Shown: positions 34,152 through 42,153 of the stretch, in pieces | How the letters are laid out: each line of letters begins with the position of its first letter | Position numbering within the stretch: the stretch's first letter is position 1 | From: an uncultured Bacteroidales bacterium | Lineage (GTDB): Bacteria > Bacteroidota > Bacteroidia > Bacteroidales > WCHB1-69 | Length of the DNA: 64,000 nucleotides | NCBI GenBank assembly: GCA_947165685.1 | Contig: CAMVBK010000009.1 | Span: forward strand, 2,524 to 66,523 | Direction: 5' to 3' | Position numbers and translations under genes: made by a program | The notes under the pieces: model-generated | What the model saw: the letters and a program-made list of their open reading frames with translations, nothing else | Told to the model about the DNA's origin: nothing | Database searches by the model: none

Positions 34152-35231
34152 CTAAATGAGGTTGATTTGTTTCGCTTGCCCATAGATGCGTGCCGCGCGG
34201 GATTTGTTGTAGTCGTTCTCGCCGTAGAGGGCGTTGAAAAGGAGTACCAGCCCGGCCTCGCCGAACCCCTGCTTCAGGATATAGACGATGCAGAGGTTCT
34301 GGAGCGCCACCGACTTGGCCAGGATGTCGAGCCCGGTGCCGGCCAGCTGGATGAGCGCCAGCTGGTAGGCGCTGTCGCTGTTCTCGTTGCGCATTCTGAC
34401 AATGTCGCCGATGGTCTTCATGTCCATCTCGCGGAACACGTTGTAGTAGGGCATGAGGCTGTCCTCGTAAATCTCGGCCTGGTTGATGGCCGCTATCTTG
34501 TCGGTGAGACGCTTGAAGGGGTTCACGGCAAGGAAGCTGCGGAAGGTGTCGCCGTTGAGCGGCACTTCGTCGAAGTTCCCGCTCGCCACGAGCGACTGGA
34601 CGTTGCGGCGGTAGGTGTTGATCTCCTTGCGGATATGGGTGAACTGCTCGTCCGCCAGCTCCAGCATCCCGGCCAGGCGGCTCATGCTCCGCTGGTATTC
34701 GGTTGGGATCTCGACAGCGCTTTTGTACCCCATGTCGTGGTACATGTTGGCCCAAACATGCTGCAGCGTGCTGCGCATCTGGAGCTCGAAGCGGATCTGG
34801 TTCAGCTCCGGCATGTCAGGGTCGTGGAACAGCGCCTCCGGGATGCGGCAGATGTAGTGGAGCGACATGTAGCCGAAGCGGTCGAACTCCAGCATCTTGC
34901 GCTTATCGACCGAGTTCTCCCAGTCGATCTCGAACAGCTGCTCCGCCAGCGCCGAAATGATATCGACCTCGTCGCTGAAAAAGGTGATGATGCGGACGCC
35001 GAGGATGTCGGTGATGTCGGAGAGACCGTGGTATTTGAACCCTTTCAGCTCCAGTTTCCCGATGAGGCTGTCCTCGGTTTTGATGCGTGCTTCCATGCCA
35101 GCCACGACTATCTGGTTGCTGTCGAGGCGTTTGCGCAAGCATTCCAGCACCACCGTCTTGGCGCTCTCAAAGAGCGGTAATTTTTCGTGATACTCGTCGA
35201 GTATCATCTCGCAATGCAGGTCGAGTTTCAT
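34152..35231 (-). CDS. RelA/SpoT-domain nucleotidyltransferase (small alarmone synthetase-like) with a C-terminal extension of about 150 aa
   Basis: ARIKTEDSLIGKL, DILGVRIITFF, FGYMSLHYI and FELQMRSTLQHVWANMYHD are the conserved synthetase-fold motifs. The ATG at 35231 is preferred over the listed TTG at 35261. Confidence 0.8.
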   Translation of the reverse strand: MKLDLHCEMILDEYHEKLPLFESAKTVVLECLRKRLDSNQIVVAGMEARIKTEDSLIGKLELKGFKYHGLSDITDILGVRIITFFSDEVDIISALAEQLFEIDWENSVDKRKMLEFDRFGYMSLHYICRIPEALFHDPDMPELNQIRFELQMRSTLQHVWANMYHDMGYKSAVEIPTEYQRSMSRLAGMLELADEQFTHIRKEINTYRRNVQSLVASGNFDEVPLNGDTFRSFLAVNPFKRLTDKIAAINQAEIYEDSLMPYYNVFREMDMKTIGDIVRMRNENSDSAYQLALIQLAGTGLDILAKSVALQNLCIVYILKQGFGEAGLVLLFNALYGENDYNKSRAARIYGQAKQINLI

Positions 35232-35253
35232 GAAACTTCTAATTGATGTGATG

Positions 35254-35565
35254 CTATACAATCGTGATGATGTTCGAGAACCCGGTGATGTCGAACACCT
35301 CTTTCACCTGGGGGTTCATGTTCCGCATCACCAGCTTCCCTTTGTGCGCCATGGCGCTCTTCTGCATCATCAGGAAGATGCGGAGCCCCTGCGAGGATGT
35401 GTAGGTCAGGTTCGTGCAGTCGATGTCGATGTCCAGGCCCTCCGCCTGCATGAGCGGGTTGACGGCCTCCAGGAACTGGTCGGCGTTGGAGGTGTCGATC
35501 CGTCCGTCTAACGTCACGAATGTTTTGCCATTTTCTTGGTTTATGGAGAGATTCATGTTTTCCAT
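35254..35565 (-). CDS. STAS-domain anti-sigma-factor antagonist (SpoIIAA/RsbV-like)
   Basis: 103 aa. The LTYTSSQGLR motif carries the phosphorylatable Ser. The C-terminal FDITGF pattern is also present. Confidence 0.85.
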   Translation of the reverse strand: MENMNLSINQENGKTFVTLDGRIDTSNADQFLEAVNPLMQAEGLDIDIDCTNLTYTSSQGLRIFLMMQKSAMAHKGKLVMRNMNPQVKEVFDITGFSNIITIV

Positions 35566-35592
35566 ATTTCTTGCAAGTCTTAGGTTTTGTGA

Positions 35593-36003
35593 TTATCTTT
35601 TTTGTATTTTTTTGGTCATGGTGAGCACGTTGTTGCCGTCCTCGTAGCGGTAGCGGATGCTGTCCATCATCTTTTTGCAGAGGAAGATGCCGAGTCCGCC
35701 GATATTGCGTTCTTCTGCGGGCAGAAGGGTGTCGGGGTCTTCCATCTCCAAGGGGTTGAACGGCACTCCGGCGTCGCGGAGCTCGATGGTGAGCACGAGC
35801 GTGTCCTGGTCAAGGTTGGTGCCGGCTTCAAGCCACCCGATGCCGCCGTCGTAGGCATAGCGCACCACGTTCTCCACGGCCTCCTCGATGGACAGGCGCA
35901 GTTTGAACCGCAGCTCCTCGTCATCGGGAATGTCCGGGGAAGACATCAGGAACTCAATGATCTCGCTGCTTTTGTCCTTGATAGGGTTAAAACGTTTCTT
36001 CAT
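35593..36003 (-). CDS. Anti-sigma regulatory Ser/Thr kinase (SpoIIAB/RsbW-like, GHKL ATPase)
   Basis: 136 aa. LSIEEAVENVVRYAY (N box), LRDAGVPFNP, and GGLGIFLCKKMMD (G2). Confidence 0.8.
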   Translation of the reverse strand: MKKRFNPIKDKSSEIIEFLMSSPDIPDDEELRFKLRLSIEEAVENVVRYAYDGGIGWLEAGTNLDQDTLVLTIELRDAGVPFNPLEMEDPDTLLPAEERNIGGLGIFLCKKMMDSIRYRYEDGNNVLTMTKKIQKR

Positions 36004-36024
36004 ATTTGTAACGGATTTAATGGG

Positions 36025-37908
36025 CTAAACAGTCAGGTTCAGAATGGTGATGTCGTCGTTCTGCGGGGCGCCGTCGGCGAATGCCCGCACGGTGTCGAGA
36101 AGGTTTTCGTCCGCCGTTTTCGGGTCGGTGGCGGGGCTGAGCTGCCGGCACCATTCCATCATCCGGTCGTTGCCGAAGAACTCGCCGCGGCCGTTTTCCG
36201 CCTCGGTGACGCCGTCGGTATAGGCAAAGATCCGGGTCCCGGCGTCAAAGTCGATGCTCTCCTCCACGTATGGGAAATCCGCAAACAGCCCGACGGCGAT
36301 GTTCGGCGTGGCCTTCAGGAAATAGGGCTCTCCGTTTTTGGGGATGACGACGAGAGGGTTGTGCCCGGCGTTGCAGTAGTCCAGATGTCTGGTTTTCAAA
36401 TTGATGCGGCCGACGAACAGGGTTACGAACATGTCGCGGCTGTTCGCGTCGCACACTCCGTTGTTGATGCGGGTGAGGGTTTCGTTCAGCGGGAGCCCGG
36501 TTCCGGCCACGAAGCGCAACGCGGAGCGCGTGATGGCCATCATCAGGGCTGCGGGCACGCCTTTGCCCGACACGTCGCCGATGGCGAAATAGAGCTGGTC
36601 GCCTCGCAGGGCGAAGTCGTAGAGGTCGCCCCCTACCTCTTTGGCGGGGATCAGCATGGCGTGGAACTGCGGCGGGAAGTCGGTGCGCAACATGCCCATC
36701 TGGATGTTGCGGGCCACGTTGAGCTCCGACTCCATCCGCTCGTTGGCCGCCGTGGAGGTCTTCAGCTCCTCGATGTAGGTGGCGATGGAATTCTGCATGT
36801 AGGTGAAGCTGTCGCGCAAGTGCATGAGCTCGTCATGGCTGGCAATCTCGGGCAGCTTCGTCTTGAAGTCCCCTTTTGCCATTGCGAGCGCCGCCTCCGA
36901 GAGCTCCGTGACGGGGCGGGTCATGCGCTGTATGGCTCTGCGACAAGAGAAGAAAATGACAGCGAGACCGATTAAACCGATGATAATCAGGCTAATGTGC
37001 ATTTGGCTGGAACGGCGCAGCACATCGTGGTAGGGGCAAGTGATGCTGAGCATCCATCCGTTGTGCAAGGGACCGTAAACCACAAACGATATCTCGCGGC
37101 CCTTGCCTACGCTTCGCCTCATGCTGTCCTTTTTGCTCCTAAAGTCCTCCACCAGATTCTCGAAAGAACTGCTCCCGAGGAAACTGCGTCTGTAGCGGTT
37201 GATCAGGTCGGAATCGGAACGCTTGATGCCGGCGATGTTTTTCTCGTCGAAGATGAGGGCGGTGATGGCGTTGTCGTAGGGACGAAGGCCCTCCACGGTG
37301 TTTTCAATCTGGTCGATGGCCATGTCGGCGGCCACCACGGCATAGACGCGAAGGGCGGAATCCACCAAGGGGTAGCAGTAGGTGGCGAGTTTCGAGGTTC
37401 GGGAGTCGGGAGCAGGGTGGGGGGTGGTCCAGAAAGGCGTTTTGGTTGAGGATAGTTTCTTGGTGTCCCAGAAAGTCGTGAATTTCTGAAGCTGATTGCC
37501 CGACGGGTGGAAATCGTGAATGCCGTTGTCGTCGCGGTAGCTGAAGATGGCCGGGCGGCTGTGGTCGATGCTTCCGTCGGGGCGGAGAAAGAGGATGGCG
37601 CAGCCGTTGATCAGGCGGCTGACCTCCACCGTGCGCGAGGCGATGGCCTGCAGCGCCTGGGGCTGGTCTTGCATGGCCGACATGTAGGCGGCCACCGACT
37701 GTGTGGAAATCTCCACCTCGGACAGCGGCTTCTCCAGCTCGCTGATGGTCCCGCGCAAGATGTGCTGGGCGGAACGGGTGGCCTCATCGGCGATGATTTT
37801 GTGCGAGACAATGGCCACAATCACCATAGCCGTGAAAAAAATGGCAGACACAATGCCGATAATTCGCCAACTCAGCCTGTTAGAAAAGGATTTGTTTCTC
37901 TTTGTCAT
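36025..37908 (-). CDS. Membrane sensor PP2C phosphatase (SpoIIE/RsbU-like): extracytoplasmic sensor domain, HAMP domain, then PP2C domain
   Basis: 627 aa. Two TM segments bracket about 250 aa. HAMP region (..RPVTELSEAALAMAKGDF..). PP2C motifs GGDLYDF, AIGDVSGKGVPAAL, AYTDGVTEA and DDITIL. Confidence 0.85.
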   Translation of the reverse strand: MTKRNKSFSNRLSWRIIGIVSAIFFTAMVIVAIVSHKIIADEATRSAQHILRGTISELEKPLSEVEISTQSVAAYMSAMQDQPQALQAIASRTVEVSRLINGCAILFLRPDGSIDHSRPAIFSYRDDNGIHDFHPSGNQLQKFTTFWDTKKLSSTKTPFWTTPHPAPDSRTSKLATYCYPLVDSALRVYAVVAADMAIDQIENTVEGLRPYDNAITALIFDEKNIAGIKRSDSDLINRYRRSFLGSSSFENLVEDFRSKKDSMRRSVGKGREISFVVYGPLHNGWMLSITCPYHDVLRRSSQMHISLIIIGLIGLAVIFFSCRRAIQRMTRPVTELSEAALAMAKGDFKTKLPEIASHDELMHLRDSFTYMQNSIATYIEELKTSTAANERMESELNVARNIQMGMLRTDFPPQFHAMLIPAKEVGGDLYDFALRGDQLYFAIGDVSGKGVPAALMMAITRSALRFVAGTGLPLNETLTRINNGVCDANSRDMFVTLFVGRINLKTRHLDYCNAGHNPLVVIPKNGEPYFLKATPNIAVGLFADFPYVEESIDFDAGTRIFAYTDGVTEAENGRGEFFGNDRMMEWCRQLSPATDPKTADENLLDTVRAFADGAPQNDDITILNLTV

Positions 37909-37948
37909 CTTTTGTCGTCAGCTTGATAAGCTAATAATTTGAAAGGCG

Positions 37949-37956
37949 CAAAGATA
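37949..37956 (-). promoter_or_regulatory. -7 promoter box (TAtcTTTG) for the RsbU-like gene and the operon it heads
   Basis: The plus strand reads CAAAGATA, 41 nt upstream of the ATG at 37908, inside the 90-nt gap after the upstream ABC gene. Confidence 0.5.
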
Positions 37957-37998
37957 CAAAAAATAAGGTTAGGAGAAAGCCGCGCGACAATTTTTTTG

Positions 37999-40794
37999 TC
38001 ACAGTATTAGTTTCACGCGGAAGCCTCGCTTGGTGGGCTCCTCCACCACCTGTCGGCACTGTTTGCCCAGTTCGTTTCGCTGGTTGTCAGTCAGCGGTGT
38101 AGTCTCCATTTTCTCCACCATGAAATCCAAGGCGGTGACACCTGACATTTCGCTGTGGGTGATACGCACCGTGATGGGGCGGTGGGCGGCCATCACATCG
38201 TTGAGCATCTTGTCGCAGAGCTGCCGTGCCGTCTCCTGTTTCTCAGGGATGCTGTATTTGAGGCAGAAAGCGTTGATGGCAGAGTGCATGCCGAGGAAGT
38301 CGAAGTCCGGGCCGTCGATTTCAAACACCTCCTTGCGGATGCGCTGTATGAAAGCCTTGGTGGCGCTGTGGACGGGCGACTCGAAGATCTGCGCGGGGGA
38401 TCCGTCCTCGTGAATGTAGCCGTCGTACATGAAGAAGATGCGCGTGCTCACGTCGTGGGCGAACTTCATTTCGTGGGTGACGATGAGCATGGTCATGCCT
38501 TCATCGGCCAGCTGTCGGATGACGCTGAGCACCTCGCCCACCATGGTGGGGTCAAGCGCCGAAGTGGGCTCGTCGAAGAGGATGATGTCGGGCTTCATGG
38601 CTAAGCAGCGGGCGATGGCCACACGCTGCTTCTGGCCGCCGGAGAGGCTCGTCGGATAGACATCGGCCTTCTCGGCCAGCCCTACCTTGCGCAGGAGCGC
38701 CATCCCTTCCTCCCGCGCCTTGTCCACGGGCTCGTGACGCAGCTGGCAAGGGGCAAGCATAACGTTCTCCAGCACGGTTTTATGGCTGAAGAGGTTGAAC
38801 GACTGGAAAACCATCCCCATCTTCTGGCGTAGGAGATGGATTGGATAACCTTTTGCAAGGATGTTCTCCCCATCGACCAGAATTTGTCCCGCGGTAGGGT
38901 GCTCCAACAGGTTAAGGCATCGCAATAGAGTACTTTTGCCTGTGCCCGAGGGACCGATGATGGAAATGACCTCGCCGCGATGCACATCGGCGTTGATGTC
39001 TCGCAAAACATCCAGATTCTCAAAGGTTTTCTTCAGATGGCTGATGCGTATGACGGGACTGCCGGAGGGTTGAGCGGAGGATGGGGCGGTGAGTGTTGAG
39101 GGTTGGGACATGTCGCGTTTACGGCGGACGAGGAACCATGCGCCACCACCCATTAAAAGAACAAGGATGGAGGCCACCCACGGCCATTTGCTCGTCCCTT
39201 TCCCGGTGTCGGGCGACGGTGAAGAAGGGGCGAGGATCCCCGCTTCCCCTTTGCGTGTGATAAGCAAGATGTGCGACTCGAAATATCCGTCAGAGAAGAG
39301 CACCTGCTTCTGTCGCTCCTCGGTGATGCTGATGGCTCCCATGGCCATATCGACCTTGCCCGTCTGCACGGCAGGGATTTGCGCGGCAAAGTCCATCACG
39401 AGGAACTCCAGTTTCCAGTTGCGCCTGTTGGCCCACTCTGTCAGAATATCCACTTCAATGCCGGAAGGCTTTCCTGAGCAGATGAAATTGAACGGTGGCA
39501 TGGAGGGATAAATGGCCACGCGCAGGGGCTTCCCCGTTCCGCGCTGCTTGGGTATGTCCAGTGCTGAAGGGTCGTCTGCATTGGTCCAACGGTTCAGAAT
39601 ATTCTGATAAGTTCCGTCGTCTTTGATATCGGCCAGGTAATTGTTGAAATCTTGTTGTAACTCGCTGTTTCCCAGTTGGAAACAGGTACCGACCTGAATT
39701 GGTGCCAGACCTGTGCCTACAGAGTCCACCTTTGAAGTCACTTCCTTGTTGAACGTCATTGTCAAACTTTCGAAACCGGCCACATCCACCTTGCCGTTTT
39801 CTAAGGCGGCCAACAGGTCGGCATAGGAGGCCACACGCTGTATGTCGGCATCCGGTGCCAACTCGGTGACGACCATGTCCTGTATGCTGCCGATGACGAC
39901 GCCCACTTTCTTCCCGCTGAGGGCTTTGAACACGGCTGGAACGTCCGTCCGCGCGTCTGTGGTGGAGGCTTTCTTGCTGTCCGACAGCAGAGAGGGCACA
40001 TAGCAGGCCGTTCCGCCGATCACCAGAGCCACAGCTGCTACGATGGCCTTCGTGCGCTTACGCTGCACCAGTGAGGTGAGCAGCATCCCGATGAGCCAGG
40101 CAATGATAAAATAGATGATGGCCGTCACGATGAGAGGGAAGAAGGCGTCGAAGGTGCGCGAGCGTATCAGGTCGGAGGCTCTCGTCATGTCGGCCACGGC
40201 GATGTATCCCACGATGCTGGTGCCTTTCAGCAGACTTACCACCTCGCCCTGATAGATGGGCATCACCGCCTTGACCACTTGTGGCAGCACAATCCGGAAG
40301 AACGTCTGCCGCGGCGTGTAGCCCAAAGCCAGGCCCGCCTCGGTCTGGCCTCGGTCGATGCCTTGTATGGAGGTGCGCAGCATCTCGCTGACGTAGGCCG
40401 CCAAGTTCATGGCGAAGGTGACGATGGCCACCACGATGCCCGTTGCTTTCAGCGGCGCCATCACCACGTAATACATCAGCATGAGCACAACCAGTACGGG
40501 TGTGCCGCGCATGATGTCGATATACACCTTGGCCGTGCGTTGCAGCCATTTGCGTCTGCTCATGCGCATCCAGCACACCAGGCCGCCCAGTATCGTGCCC
40601 AGGACGGTGGCGCAGAGCGTGATGATCAGCGTCACCTGTAGGCCGTCGAGAATCATCCGGTAACGCTCTTCGGCAATCAGGTTGTTGGAGAAACTCTCGA
40701 CCACGCGGTTTGTTCCGCCGGTGCAGCTGGCCAATGCCATACAGCCGCAGAGTGTCAGGATGGCGGCACACACCCGTTGAATATCCTTTCTCAT
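37999..40794 (-). CDS. Single-polypeptide amino-acid ABC importer: permease, two substrate-binding segments, a TM helix, an ATPase and a C-terminal extension
   Basis: 931-aa continuous ORF. N-terminal permease with an EAA loop (GLALGYTPRQTFFRIVLPQVVK). PBP3-like segments (..KVGVVIGS.., ..GKVDMAMGAISITEERQ..). TM helix WPWVASILVLLMGGGAWFLV. Nucleotide-binding domain (NBD) with GPSGTGKST / LSGGQKQRVAIAR / ILFDEPTSALD. The tail is homologous to the tail of the 30995..32080 protein. Confidence 0.8.
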   Translation of the reverse strand: MRKDIQRVCAAILTLCGCMALASCTGGTNRVVESFSNNLIAEERYRMILDGLQVTLIITLCATVLGTILGGLVCWMRMSRRKWLQRTAKVYIDIMRGTPVLVVLMLMYYVVMAPLKATGIVVAIVTFAMNLAAYVSEMLRTSIQGIDRGQTEAGLALGYTPRQTFFRIVLPQVVKAVMPIYQGEVVSLLKGTSIVGYIAVADMTRASDLIRSRTFDAFFPLIVTAIIYFIIAWLIGMLLTSLVQRKRTKAIVAAVALVIGGTACYVPSLLSDSKKASTTDARTDVPAVFKALSGKKVGVVIGSIQDMVVTELAPDADIQRVASYADLLAALENGKVDVAGFESLTMTFNKEVTSKVDSVGTGLAPIQVGTCFQLGNSELQQDFNNYLADIKDDGTYQNILNRWTNADDPSALDIPKQRGTGKPLRVAIYPSMPPFNFICSGKPSGIEVDILTEWANRRNWKLEFLVMDFAAQIPAVQTGKVDMAMGAISITEERQKQVLFSDGYFESHILLITRKGEAGILAPSSPSPDTGKGTSKWPWVASILVLLMGGGAWFLVRRKRDMSQPSTLTAPSSAQPSGSPVIRISHLKKTFENLDVLRDINADVHRGEVISIIGPSGTGKSTLLRCLNLLEHPTAGQILVDGENILAKGYPIHLLRQKMGMVFQSFNLFSHKTVLENVMLAPCQLRHEPVDKAREEGMALLRKVGLAEKADVYPTSLSGGQKQRVAIARCLAMKPDIILFDEPTSALDPTMVGEVLSVIRQLADEGMTMLIVTHEMKFAHDVSTRIFFMYDGYIHEDGSPAQIFESPVHSATKAFIQRIRKEVFEIDGPDFDFLGMHSAINAFCLKYSIPEKQETARQLCDKMLNDVMAAHRPITVRITHSEMSGVTALDFMVEKMETTPLTDNQRNELGKQCRQVVEEPTKRGFRVKLIL

Positions 40795-40816
40795 AAAGCG
40801 TTGGATTAATTGGCGG

Positions 40817-40824
40817 CAAAGATA
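40817..40824 (-). promoter_or_regulatory. -7 promoter box (TAtcTTTG) for the fused ABC importer gene
   Basis: The plus strand reads CAAAGATA, 23 nt upstream of the ATG at 40794. Confidence 0.5.
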
Positions 40825-40925
40825 CGTTTTTTTTGCTTAGGGTAGAGGACGGAAATTGGTTCGGGCTCCCAGTCCGTCGGCGGGTGTTCTGCGAAACTTA
40901 AATTTGTGTCGTACCGAAAAAAAAT

Positions 40926-40933
40926 GTATTTTT
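40926..40933 (+). promoter_or_regulatory. -7 promoter box (TAttTTTG) for the EEP-family gene
   Basis: TATTTTTG lies 24 nt upstream of the ATG at 40957. Confidence 0.5.
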
Positions 40934-40956
40934 GCCAACTTTTGAATATTCGGATT

Positions 40957-41979
40957 ATGAACAAGTTTACGATAGTGTTGCTCTTGTGCGCGTCTTTTGT
41001 GTTTTCGTTTGCGCAAAACGCTGGAAATAAGGCTGTTATAGGCTTCTACAACGTGGAAAACCTTTTCGACACGATTGACGACCCGTTGAAGAACGACGAA
41101 CAGTTCCTGCCCGGCGGCGACTACCGCTGGAACACCGAACGCTACAACGCCAAGCTGGAGGCCCTCTCCAAGGTGATTGGCGAGCTGGCGCAGTTGGAAG
41201 GCGGTCTGGTGGTGCTGGGTGTCTCCGAGGTGGAGAACGAGCAGGTGCTGCTCGACCTGGCCGCCACCGAACGGCTGGCTCCCTACAAACTCTCCGTCTG
41301 CCACCACGAGTCGCCCGACCGCCGAGGCGTCGATGTGGCATTCTTCTACGATGCCGCCCGTTTCAAGATCCTCAGTACGAAGGCCTTCCCGACCATCGTG
41401 CCCAACAACCCCGATTTCATCACCCGCGACCAGTGGCTGATGACCGGCGTCTTGGACGGCGTTGACACCTTGGACATCGTCGTCAACCACTGGCCCTCGA
41501 AGTCCGGCGGCGAGAAACGCAGTCTCCCCGGCAGGATGGCCGCAGGCGTCCTCGGCCGCAGCATCGCCGACTCCGTGCTGCGCTCCCGTCCAAATGCCAA
41601 GTTCATCTACATGGGCGACCTCAACGACAACCCCACCTCCAAGTGCATCATCGCCGAAATGGCCACGAAGACGAAGCCGGAGAAACTTTCGGACACCGAC
41701 CTCTACAACCCCATGTGGAAGCTCTTCCGCGACGGTCTCGGCTCCTACGCCTACCGCGACTCCTGGGAAATGTTGGACAACATCATCATCTCCGGTGCGC
41801 TGGTCGATGCCGCCCCCGGCACCTACCGCTTCCGCAGCGCCCACATCTTCCGTAAGTCCTTCATGTTCACCAAGTCCGGCTCCTACATGGACTACCCCTT
41901 CCGCACCTTCGCCGGCGGCAACTACCAAGGCGGCTACAGCGACCACCTGCCGGTGTATATCGTTTTAGTTAAGAATTGA
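40957..41979 (+). CDS. Secreted endonuclease/exonuclease/phosphatase (EEP) family protein
   Basis: Signal peptide MNKFTIVLLLCASFVFSFAQ. GFYNVENLFD is the N-terminal catalytic Asn/Glu region. GDLND and SDHLPV are the C-terminal catalytic His region. Confidence 0.75.
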   Translation: MNKFTIVLLLCASFVFSFAQNAGNKAVIGFYNVENLFDTIDDPLKNDEQFLPGGDYRWNTERYNAKLEALSKVIGELAQLEGGLVVLGVSEVENEQVLLDLAATERLAPYKLSVCHHESPDRRGVDVAFFYDAARFKILSTKAFPTIVPNNPDFITRDQWLMTGVLDGVDTLDIVVNHWPSKSGGEKRSLPGRMAAGVLGRSIADSVLRSRPNAKFIYMGDLNDNPTSKCIIAEMATKTKPEKLSDTDLYNPMWKLFRDGLGSYAYRDSWEMLDNIIISGALVDAAPGTYRFRSAHIFRKSFMFTKSGSYMDYPFRTFAGGNYQGGYSDHLPVYIVLVKN

Positions 41980-42147
41980 GAATTGTTGGCTGTTGGCTGT
42001 TGGCTATTGGCTTTGAACTTTGAACCTTGAACCTTGAACTTTGAACTTAGAATTTAGAATTTAGAACTTAGAACCTGAAACTTGAAACCTGAAACTTGAA
42101 ACCTGAAACTTGAAACTTGAAACTTGAAACTTGAAACTTGAAACCAC
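41973..42147. repeat. Heptamer tandem array, 25 units in perfect register (175 nt)
   Basis: Read base by base: GAATTGA, GAATTGT, TGGCTGT x2, TGGCTAT, TGGCTTT, GAACTTT, GAACCTT x2, GAACTTT, GAACTTA, GAATTTA x2, GAACTTA, GAACCTG, then ten AAACTTG/AAACCTG units ending AAACCAC. There are no indels. The upstream TGA stop is inside unit 1. Confidence 0.95.
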
Positions 42148-42153
42148 CATTAT

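Noticed and set aside
35231-35261. Longer form of the synthetase gene starting at 35261 (MYSITSIRSF..)
   Set aside because: That codon is TTG and would overlap the STAS gene by 8 nt. The ATG at 35231 gives a 22-nt spacer consistent with the rest of the operon. The choice remains uncertain.
40837-41946. 369-aa minus-strand ORF
   Set aside because: It is the mirror frame of the EEP-family gene. It has no motifs and would run across that gene's promoter box.
41973-42147. Possibility that the repeat arrays are CRISPR arrays
   Set aside because: The units are 7-9 nt and directly abutting, with no unique spacers of 25-40 nt. No cas genes are present and the repeats are far too short. These are micro/minisatellite-type arrays.
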